A stretch of DNA of 64,000 nucleotides from Protoeuglena noctilucae (Eukaryota), in assembly GCA_958009085.1 (NCBI GenBank), contig OY253680.1, positions 868,001-932,000 on the forward strand, in the 5' to 3' direction. The translations under genes and the position numbers were made by a program. The notes beneath the pieces are model-generated. The model had not been told where the DNA came from. It was given only the letters and a program-made list of their open reading frames with translations, and ran no database searches. This document shows, one piece after another, positions 23,201 through 34,119 of the stretch (within the stretch, counting starts at the first letter, position 1; every line of letters begins with the position of its first letter).

Positions 23201-26200
23201 CCGCATCCCAGCCACCGCGTCCCTCCCGTCACCGCCTCTCAATCACCGCCTGTCACTGACCCCTTCTCTCACTAACCCCTTCTTTCACTAACCCCTCCCC
23301 TCACCCCTCATCCCCCCAGATGCACATCCCCCCCGACGCCGACATGTCCACTCCCCTGCCCATCCCTGCTCCCATCGACGATGTGGAGGACACTGAGGGC
23401 GAGAAGGACGCGGCAGAGCTTTTCGCGGCTCAGATGGACGCGACTGCGAAGGCCAGGGCGGAGCCAGCCACGCGGAAGGTGCTGGAGAGGGTGGAGGAGC
23501 TGAGGAGGCAACTGGCGTCGTGCATCGAGAGGTGAGGGGGTGGGTGTATAGGGTTAGATAGGGATGGGTAGGAGAGGTGCTGGAGAGGAGTACAATAACA
23601 TAGCACTAGCCTGCAAATGCTATCGTCTCTTGTACAGAGACTCCCTGCATACAGAGGCATGACGAGCACGGCGTGCATTCATCCCTTACCTGCACCCACA
23701 CCCTATCCCCATCCCGGATCGCAGGAACAAGCTGGCGGACGCCTCGGAGCGTCTCACGGAGGACGAGCTGGTGGTGAATCGCTCCCTGCTGGCGCGGCTG
23801 GAGGCGGAGGCGGCGGAGGAGGTGGGGGATGTGAAGCGTCGCATCGAGCGGCGCGACATGGAGAGGGAGGTGGTGCGGGCGCGCATCCTGCGGCGGTGCT
23901 GGGACGCCATGGCCACCAAGCCCGCCACGGTGTGCGCGGTGCGGTCGAGCGCCCGCGTCCACAACTTCCCCATCACGCACGCCAGCCGCATGACGCGAGT
24001 GGCCGCCAAGCTGCTGCTCTTGCGCAAGGCAGAGGCGGCGCAGCGCAAGCATTTGGGTCTGGATGACTGGAGCGCCAAGCTGCGGACGGCGGAGGTGCCG
24101 CCGGACATCGCGGGGGCGACGGCAGCGACGGGCCCGGCTGCCCCCATGCAGCCGGCGCCGAGCCTGGCATCGGCTATCACCGCCGTGGGTCTGCCCAACG
24201 GCCCCGCGCACGCGCACTCGGGCGTGGAGCTGCCGGCCGCTGCCGTGGCGGCGAGCGGGTCATCCGAGGGAGAGGGGGACGACGACCGTGCGGTGGTGAA
24301 GGGGAGCGAGGACTGCATGGCGGGGATGAGGGACGAGGGCGACGGGATGCAGGGCATCATGTACGCTCCCATGGACTTGCTCGCTCGCTCCCGGCGCGTC
24401 ATCCAGGTGTACCTGCTGGCGTTGAGGGTGGTGGGGGTCAAGGCAGAGTTCAACCGGAGATTCGAACAGGTGACCTGAGGGGGTGGGGGTGTTAGTGGAT
24501 GGGGGTGGCGAGCAGTCGCAAAGGGGCTCAGCGTAAGTTGTTTTGTAGTTAGTAACAACCATCTGGAGGCATCACGCCATCACGTAGTAGTATACCACAC
24601 CTTCATGTGCCGCACCACTCCCCACCCCACCCCTCCCTTGCCCCCCCTAGGTGGTCTCTGAGAAGCACGCGGAGTTGGAGCGCGTGGCGGAGGTGAATGC
24701 GCGCATCCGCGACGTGGTGGCGGACCTGGCGCGGCTGTCCGGGGGGGCGGCGAGGGCGGACGCGGACGCGGGGGCAACGCCGGCCATGGACCCGGAAGAG
24801 GTGAGGGGCGGTGAATGGGTGTGTATTTATATGTGTATATTTAACATGGTAATAAGTTGGTAACGATGGACCCAGAAGAGGTGAGGGGCACAGCAGATGT
24901 GGGTGCCACGATAGCAGACATGCACCCTTCCGTCTCTCATCTTCCCTGTGTATACACTTCTACCACAGATACACACTTTCTCCTTCATCCCACGTCTCAC
25001 CTCCCCACCTCTCTCACCCCCAGGACCCCTCGTGGATGCTCCGCGTTTCTGACACCGAGGTGCAAGTGGAGCGTTTCCTGACGCGGGAGGAGAGGGAGAG
25101 GGTCGAGGCGCAGAGGGCCGAGGAGGAGGCCAGGAGGGCGGCGCTGGCCAGGGACAACGGTGAGGGGAGGGTGGATGCTGAAGAGGGGTGGGGAGTGTTT
25201 TGTACTGAGTGTGGTGGTGAGGCCAGGAGGGCGGCGCTGGCAAGGGACAACGGTGAGGGTGCTGGTGGATGATGGGGAGGGGTGGGGGAGTGTTGTGATG
25301 AGTGTTGGGGTGAGACAGGAGGGCGGCGCTGGCAAGGGACAACGGTGAGGGTGCTGCTAGGGAGGGGTGGGGGAGTGCGATTGTTGCAGTTAGTGAGACA
25401 TAAGGGTGGTGAGAGCGTCGTGATGAGTGTTGTGATGAGACATTGGGAGGTGACAGTGTTGTAGTGAGTGTTGTGATAAGCCACGATCTCACCGTCGCCA
25501 CACCACCCACCACGCTCACCCCTCACCTCCCCTCCCTCCCCCCAGCCGCCGAGCGTGCCCTGAAGGAGATGATGGGCGGCACCCTGGACCGCGCCGAAAG
25601 CGAGGACGAGAGCCTTGCCTTGGTGCGCCCCGCATTCATGGACATGGACCCAGCCAAGTGGACAGACGAGCAGAAGAAGGCAGCACAGGAGTACAAGGCG
25701 CGGGAGGTGGCGGTGAAGGAGGAGAGGGACAAGAGGGTCATGGGGCTGGAGACGGAGGTGAGGGGCTGGGGGGTGAGAGTGATATGGGCAGTGAGTGAGG
25801 AGGTGGAGAGGAGTGAATGAAGGTTGGTGCTTGATATACCTGGCTCTGACATTTGCATGGACACGTTTGTTCACTCACCGTCACCCACACCCACACCCAA
25901 ACCCACCCCCACACTTGCACCCACACCCCCAACCCCGCTCCCCCTCCCCCTCCCCCAGCTCCGTGGCGCCAAGTCGATGATCGAGGAGATCCTGTTAAAA
26001 GTGGACAAGTCCGTGGAGACGCTGCGATCCGAGCGCGTGCGTGCCGAGTTCGCGGTGGCGGTGCTGGAGCGCCGCATGGTGCGGGTGGCGGAGGCGGCGG
26101 ATGCGTTGTTGGAGCTGAGCGCGCAGAGGGAGCAGGAGCTGGTGGCCGAGGTGGCCAGGGCGGACACGGCCAGGACCAAGAAGAGCACCGAAGTCATCGA

Positions 26201-28137
26201 GGTGAGGGGGAGGGGACACTCAGTTCCACTTCCATTGCCACCCTTAACACCACCCCCACTGCCACCCTCCCTGCCACCCCACATCTCACCCTCAAGCCCC
26301 CACTCATCCCACTCACACCCCCCACCCCCCTTACTCCCCCCCAGGCCCGCGAGGACGCGGCGGCCCACGCCCGCCTGGCCGACCAGGCCCAGGCAGAGGA
26401 CCGCCAGCAGGAGAAGCAGTTCCGCAGGGACTTCCAGGAGGTGTCCGACTACCTCCCCGCCCTCACCGCCCTCTACCGCAAGCGTGTGTACCTCGCCCAC
26501 CCCGCCCCCGACCGCGGACCCCAGCGCGGCCTCTCCCGCCGCCTGTCCCGCCGCGCTTCATTGGCCAGCCACCACGGCGGCGCGTCCAAGCGGGCCTCGT
26601 CTCGCGGGCTCAGCCGCGGCCCGTCGCACGGCCGGGCGTCTCGCATCTCCGAAGACTCTGAGGCGGGGTCGCCGGGCGCTCACGCGTTCGAGTCTGTGGT
26701 GGGGGGGTACGCCAATGCAGAGGACCCCGCTCCCTCGATGGGAGCGCTTGACCCGCACCCGGGCGCCGGGGCTGAGCCGGTGACGGCGGAGCACGTGGCG
26801 CCCCTGGGGGTTGAGGAGTGCCCGCCTGGGCTGGAGTCCGCGTGGTGGGAGCGGCTGCTGGCGGCGAGGGAGGCGAAGATCGAGACGGAGAAGCGGCTGA
26901 GGAGGGCGCAGGAGGTGAGGGGTGGGAGAGGATGAGGACGAGGAAGGGTTGGGGTGGTAGGGCAGTGCGGTGGAGCATGTCAATGCTACTAACATGTCGA
27001 CAGTTTGTCACACTTATGCAACCTCTTACTCAATCGCTGACTCACCCGCTCCCCCACTCACCCCTCCCACCCCCTCCCCCACCCCCAGGTCCTCTCCTCC
27101 AAGCAGTCCCGCCTGGCGCGCCTGGTGGCCCAGGAGGCGGCGCTGTCAGAATCGGTGTCACGGGCGTCAGAAACCCTCGACGAGTTCCGTGCCAGGCGCG
27201 AGGCGCTTCTTTACGACTTCGAGATTCCCCTGCTGCTGAAGCAGGGGCAGGTCGAGGCGCGGCCGGCCGAGGGCGAGGACGTGCTCAGGGACGGGGAGCT
27301 CATCCACGCCGGGAACGTGCAGGCGGTGAACAGGGAGATACGGTGAGTGACTGGTGATGTGTGGGTGATTGCGCTGGTGCTGGTGTGAGTTCTTGGCTTG
27401 TGCCGTGCACTTAGCTCGAGCCAGCTCCCTCGCTTGCTTGCCTTTATCCATCGCTTGCTCGCCCTTGCATCGCTCTCTCTCACAGTTGCTGTTGCCCCCC
27501 TGTGCCTCACCGGGCCCCGCCCACCCCCACCGCCCTCCGCAGGGAGCAGGGCCAGCGCAAGATCGACATCTTGGTGGACATCAAGGAATTTAAGCGGGGC
27601 ATCTACGAACTTGAATGGGAGAACCGTCGTTTAGCCATGGAGGCGGAGGACATGAAGGAGCGAACACGGGAGCTGCAGCTCTTGCGCGTTACCAAGGAGC
27701 TCCAAGAGGCGCTCAAGTCCAACGGGGGCGACGCGGGGGGCGGGCAGGTGACCAATCTCGAGAAGCTCACCAAGCACTCGGCCCGGCTGCACGCCAAGCG
27801 CATGGACGAGAAGCGGCGGCAGATGGGGGCGCTGGAGCGGGCCGTGGCGGAGCGGCAGGGGCAGAACGAGGACCTGGAGGAGAGGCTGCGGAAGATGGAG
27901 CAGCTGGTGGGCAAGGAGGGCCGCATCCTGCAGTCCAAGACGCTGCGGCACAACGCGGGGGGTGCGAGCCTCATCAGCCGCCGGATGCGGTCGCTGGTGA
28001 CCAAGGCGCGACTGCGGGACATCTCGCGGCAACAGGCGGAGGAAATCGAGATGCTCGTCGCAGAGGTCGACCGGCTGCGGTCCAGGACCTTCCCTACTTT
28101 TGTGACTGTCGTCCACGACAGTGCAACGGGGGTGTGA
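20246..28137 (+). CDS. CFAP43: Cilia- and flagella-associated protein 43 (WD40 + coiled coil)
   Basis: MSLAPR|WGFG...WADANTLVYLSGN N-terminus, WD40 exons, long coiled coil, LLLKQGQVE, C-terminal EVDRLRSRTFPTF. Confidence 0.85.
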
Positions 28138-28431
28138 GGGGTCACCCTTCACGGGGGGGGCTTGTGTGGGGGCGTGATGCATAGCAGCGTGATATGCATT
28201 GACGCATGATGCGTGGGATAAGCGGCGCGGACATGTTCACAGGTGCCATTATGTTACCGATCGGTCAATGCGACTGTGCAAAGCAAAACTGGGAAACTGG
28301 AGCAACAGAAGCGCGCATGGCAGACGCGGTCACACCGACGCCTCGGCAGACCGACTACGGGGTGGCCATGCAGCAAGCTATCATTCATGTAAGCAGCATA
28401 TCATGGTGTCCTTCTCCCAGCTCGACCACTG

Positions 28432-31400
28432 TCACTCGGACTCGGCCCTCTCCTCGCCCACCCGGGGCCTCTTGCCCTGCGGCGTCCCAGCCCCATCCGC
28501 CCTCGCCCGCTTGGTGCCCTTCCCCTTCGCAGGCGTCGCGCCGTCCGCCTCCCCCGCCGCCCCCTCCGTCACCGGCCCCTCCGCCTCGCCACCCCCGCAC
28601 CCGCTGACCGTCACCCCCCTCCGCACGATGCTGCTCGTGCTCTGATCGTCGGCACGCATGGCCACGCCCCCGCAATCAGCAATCACCACGCCCCGCAGCT
28701 CCGCCTTCCCGCCCTTCCAGCAGTGCACGGCGTCGCCCTTGGCCCCCGCCACGCCCCCGCTCACCATCTTGAGCATCGCCCCGCTCTGCACCCCCACCCC
28801 TGCACCCCTCAGCCACACGTGCTCCAGCGTCACGTGCCGGCCCCGGGCGGGCGCGTGCACCATCCACTCCTCCAGCCCCTCCGCAGCCACGAGCGTGCCG
28901 TTTGACAGCGTGATCTTGCCCCGCGAGACGCGCAGCGTTGACCGCAGCGTCACTTCCGCACCACCCAGGTCAGCCTCAAAGCCTTTTGCGTCTGCCGCCA
29001 ACACCGACTCGACCAGGAGAGCCTCGGTCCAGGGCCCAGAAAACGCCTCGTCCTGCACGCGTGTACGCGCGGCACATGTCAAGCTGGGAGGCGTGCATGG
29101 GCACGGCCGGGGTGCATACACACGGGCGGTATCTACATCCAGTTGCCGTCGCATTTCACCTTGCAGAACGACAGCATGACGTCCCTCTTGGCCAGGATGC
29201 CGCCCTTCTTCTGCTCGACGCCCGGCCCGACGCACTCCACCACCTCCACGCCCTCCATCGTCAGCGCCCCCTTGTCCCCGCACGCCGCCCCGCCCCACAC
29301 GCACCGCGCGATGCGGCCCCCGCGCACCGTAGCCACGCTCTTGTCGTGCGACACCCACACCCCGCGGCCCCCGCACCCGTCCACGTCGCAGTGCTCCACC
29401 TTGACCACGCCACCCCCCACGCACAGCACCCCGCTGCCGCGGCACCGCATCAAGCGTACGTTGCGCACCGCGGCCTCGCCTTCCGCTGGCTTGCCCCCCT
29501 CCACGTGCACTCCCGTGCGGCAGTCCTCGATCGCCGCCCCCTCCACCTCGACCTTCGCTCCCGGCCCTGAGAACACACCAGGTCCCTCTGCCGCCGACAC
29601 CGTCCCGCCCCGCACCAGCACTGCCGACCCCTCGCCCTCCCCGAACACCCCGCCAACCTTGCACTCTGAAATCGCGACGCCGTCCGCCTCCACCTTCCCG
29701 CCCTTCGCGCACCGCACGCCGTGGCCGGTAGCCTTGGCGATGCGTCCATTCCGGACGCTCGCGCTCGCATTACTTCCCTCCACGACTACCCCGTCCCCGC
29801 ACCCCTCGATCGCCGCCCCCTCCACCTCCGCCTTGCCTCCCACGCATGCCACCCCAGCCTCCTTGCAGCCCTCGATGCGACCCCCGCGCACCATCGCCTG
29901 CGCGCCCGACCGCGCCCGCACCCCCGCACCCACGCACGATGCCACGGCGGTGTCATGGAGCTCCACGGCGCCGCTCTGCATCTCCACCCCGTCCTGGCGG
30001 CACTCGTCGATGCGCCCGCCCCGCACCACCAGCCTCCCGCCGCCCGTTGCCACGATGCCTGACTCGCATTCGCGGATCTTGACACCCTCAACCGTCACAC
30101 TGCCGGCGGTGAACTGCAGTCCTTCCCCGGAGCACCCGGCCACCGTGCAGTCACGCACCGTGGCCCCGCCCACCGTCCCAATCGACATCCCCGGACCCCA
30201 TGCGCCCGTCACGGATGCCCTCTCCACCTCCACCCTCTCTGCGCCCTGGCATGTGATGCCCCCGCGCTCCACCCCACCCCCCTCCATCCGCAGCGACGCA
30301 CGGTTGAGTTCCATCCCCCCGCCGCGCAGCCACAGGTCGACGAAGGTGACACGCGTGCCCTTACCGTCCGCCAGAACCAGGGGCCCGCGCAGACCCTTTT
30401 CGGCCGTGAGAGTGCCGTTCCGCACGGTCACCCTCCCCCCCGTCACGCACAGCCCCATGCGCATCGCCACCTCCTCTCCACCCAAGTCGACCTCGAGAAA
30501 ACCCTCCGGGCCCAGAGCCTGGGCAGCCTCCCACAGCACAGGGCCTGTCCACGGCCCCGCAAAGGCGACATCCTGCACGAAGAAGGAACGAGATGTAAAG
30601 GTGAAGTCACGGTGCTTCGCAAGCATCGGCCACCAGCGCCAGCGAGCTTGCGGTATCCATATCACCCCCGCACCTTGCAGCCCTGGACCTGGACGTCTTT
30701 CTTAGTCACCACGCCGCCACGCCTCTCGCTGACGCCGGCCCCCCCGTACCCGGACACCTGCAGCCTCTCGGCCGTAACTCTGGCCCCGTCGCTGCACAGC
30801 AGGCCCCCGAAGGCGCAGTCAGAAACCCGACCGCCCCGCACCGTCGCCCGGCTGCTCGTGTGCGACACCCACAAGCCGTGGCCCTTGCACCCCTCGATGT
30901 CCGCATCGTCGGCATCCACGGCGCCCCCCTGGACGCACGGGATGCCGCTGCCGGAGCACAGCTGCACCGCCACCCGCCGTAGGGTGACCTCCCCGCCCTT
31001 CGTGCACAAAACTCCTGTCCCCGGGCAACCCCGAACGACGACCCCATCGCTCAGGTCCACCTGAGCGCCACCCGATACGTCCACGCCGGTGCCGCACAGC
31101 TCCACGACGAGGCCCTTGGTCCCCTCGACGCGGCCCTTGTCAGCAGCGACCACGCCGGCGTGGCCGCACTCGGCGACCTTGCCGCCGTGAACGGCAGCCT
31201 TGGACCCGGCTCCCTCGACCCGCAGTCCCTCTCTGCACTGCGACACGTGCACCCCCTCCACCTCCGCTCTGCCGCCCTCGCTGACCAGCACGGCAGCCCC
31301 GCTCTTGCAGTTGACCACACTGCCCCCCCGTAGCGTCAGGCACGCCGACTCTCCTTGCGCAGTTACTCCGTCCCAGTTGCACCCACCCACGGTCGCCCCG

Positions 31401-33720
31401 TCCACAAAGACGTTGTCAGTCTCGCACAGCAGCCCGCCTTTCCCGCAGTCCGACATCGTGACCGAGCGCAGGACCACCTTCCCGCTTGCCTTGCCCTCCT
31501 CGCCGCCCAGGATGTGAACTCCGTAAGCATTTCGGATGTCTGTGACCCGCAGACCCTCCAGCTGCGCTCCCCCAACGTCCTTCAGGCTCACCCCTCCCTC
31601 CCGGCACTCTGCAAAGGTCCCCTCACGCACCACCAGGCGCGTCTCAGGGCCCTCCGCCGCCAGCGCCACGCCCTGGCACCCGTTAACCGTCGCCGAGGTC
31701 ACCTCGCATGCCAGGGCGCCGCCGAGCCTCACGCCGTCGGCCTTGCATCCCATGATGCGGCACCCTCGGATGACGACGTTGCCGGGGCTGCCCTCTCCCT
31801 CGCCACTGAGGCGCACTCCGCACTCAGCCGCATCGTGGATCTCCACCCTGTCCAGATGTACTGTTCCGCAGCGATTGGAGAACACACCATTAGTGGCGGC
31901 ACCGATGATCGCCCCACGGGTCATCCGGATGGACGCCCTGTTGCCTGCCTGCAGCCCTTTTCCGTGCAGCCGGACGCTCGATAGCTGCAGCTCCGTCCCA
32001 CTGCCGTATGCGAACAGCAGGTACTTTCCTCCCATGTCATCAACGGCTTTGAGAGTCCCGTTGCGAATGGTGAGCCTCTTGAGCCCGCCCACCGACAATG
32101 GCGTCCTGACCCGCACGGTGCCGCCGTGGAGGTCGATCGTTGCCTCGTTTTCACATGCCGCAGCGATGGCCTCGGTCATCAGTGCCTCGGTCCACGGACC
32201 CTGGAAGGACCGGCTCTGCGGACTCGAAGCATCACAGCATGGTCGCGAGCTGACGTGCATGAGGTCAGTGCAGCAATCCTGCCTAAACCGTAACGCAGAG
32301 CATCCCATGCATCACCACAGGCAGACACGGTTCCAAACCCCACGTAGCTAAACCACCAAAACGGCAGCTATCAGTTACACACCTGGCACCCGCCAACGAC
32401 GACGTCCTTGTGCTTGAGCAGCCCCCCGTCCCTCTCCTCCAGGGCGACTCCGAAGCACTCGAGGACCTCCGCGCCATCCACCTCGGCCGTTGCGCTCCAG
32501 CTGCACAACAGCCCTGCCATCCCGCAGCGCCGGAGGCGTGCGCCACGCACGGCGGCCTGGCTGCCTTTGCCGCTGACCCACAGGCCTTGGCCCGCGCAGT
32601 CAGCCACATGAAGGTGCTCCGCCGTCAGTCGGGCGCCGAGGATGCACAGCACACCGCTTCCGGCGCACCCCGCAACCATGAGCCCACCCAGCGTCGCCTC
32701 GCTATTCTCGCCCTCCACCCACAGCCCTGTCCGCCCGCACGCAGTGACTTCCGTCCCCGGCCCTTCCACACGGAGCTTACCCCCGTCTGTGCATCGGAAG
32801 CCACTCTTTTTGCATGCTGTGACCCGGACTCGCTTAACTTGAACGACCCCATTCCAGGAGGACTCCACCCCAGAGTCGCATGCGACAACCTCCAGGTCCT
32901 CCAGAGAGATGGCGGCGTTGGAGCTGACCACACCACTGCCCGCGCATTCCAGAGTCCTGCCGCCGCGGATGCTCAACACCGTGTGGTTGACGGATTGGTT
33001 GCCCTCACCCTCATCCTCTTGGGCCACCGACGCGTATATGCCGTAACCTCGGCAGTTCCTGATATCGATGCCCTCCACCTCCACCTGTGCCGCCTCCGCC
33101 GGCCCTTGGCACTCGACCGACAAACCCTCGAAGCACCCGGAGGTTGTGACGCCCGACAGCACCATCTTGCTCAGGTCGCGGCCAGTCTTCACTGAAATGC
33201 CCGTGCCATGGGTCGCAGCGACCTCGACGCCGGTCAGCTGGACGGACGCGGCGTCCTCGCAGAGCATGCCGACGCCGCAAGCCTGAGAGACGCCCCCGCC
33301 CTCCATGTTCAGGGTTGCCCTCTCGCGCACCTCGACACCCGCCCCTCGCAGCCGCACCATCTCGAGCTCGACGAAAGTCTTCTCGCCTTGGATCACCATG
33401 GCTTGCGCGACTCCGTATCCTGCCACGAGCGTGCCGTTGCGCAGGCTGACCCGGCCTTGCAGGGGCAGTGGGGCGCCGAGCAGGACCTCGCTGCCGTCGA
33501 GGTCGATCCGCGCTCCGTCCTTCTCCGCGGACTGCAGCGCCAGTCGCAGTCGCTCCTCCGTCCATGGCTGCGCCTGCGGCGGGGGCTGGATCTGGGGCAC
33601 GCGCCGGTTGGGCTCAGCGGTTGGCATTTTGCCGCTACCGCGCTCTACGATGCTCGCGGCTCCGTCTGCGCCTGCTCGCCCCGCCGCGCCCCACCTAATC
33701 GACCATGACGTCATCAACGA
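28432..33720 (-). CDS. Large protein of four tandem right-handed beta-helix modules, one per exon, with a basic NLS-like tail
   Basis: Phase-0 introns 32382-32216, 30673-30573 and 29159-29053 join four ORFs in frame. Each module begins (F.G)PWT followed by (I/V/A)DL.G..V....L.......NGTL. 5' end uncertain. Confidence 0.8.
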
Positions 33721-34119
33721 CAACCACGGAGGTTTTCTTCTCCTCGGACGGCTCCATCGCTGCGAAATCGCTTCCGAGGTGCACCTGCATGCCGCGGGGC
33801 GATGGGGCGCGTTACAGGAGGTTCATATCCTCAAGCTGCACCGCTCATTATCACCAACTGAATCACAGCAAATTGCATTAGACCAACGATTCGCGCGGGG
33901 CTCACACCTTGAGGCGCTGTGGCGACTGAGCGATCAAGTGCGTTTCCGACAGAGAGCAGCGCGACTGGATCGAGATGTTCGACAAATACTCAGGGAAAGC
34001 GGCCGTGGACCTCTTCATGCGGATGGCGCAGTCGGACAGGCCCACCCGTCTGACTAGGGCAGAGGACATCTAAATCAAAACGCTCATTAAGGCGTACCCT
34101 CGGCGCAATGCATCCATGT

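Noticed and set aside
25126..25355. CRISPR-like array (repeats of ~30-35 nt with dissimilar spacers; also 50868-51165)
   Set aside because: The repeats are copies of coding exon ends plus splice donors in eukaryotic genes; they are non-palindromic, irregularly spaced and no cas genes are present.
29143..30705. 520-aa plus-strand ORF and similar antisense ORFs over the beta-helix and ankyrin genes
   Set aside because: Shadow frames of GC-biased coding sequence; Pro/Ser/Thr-rich mirror translations.
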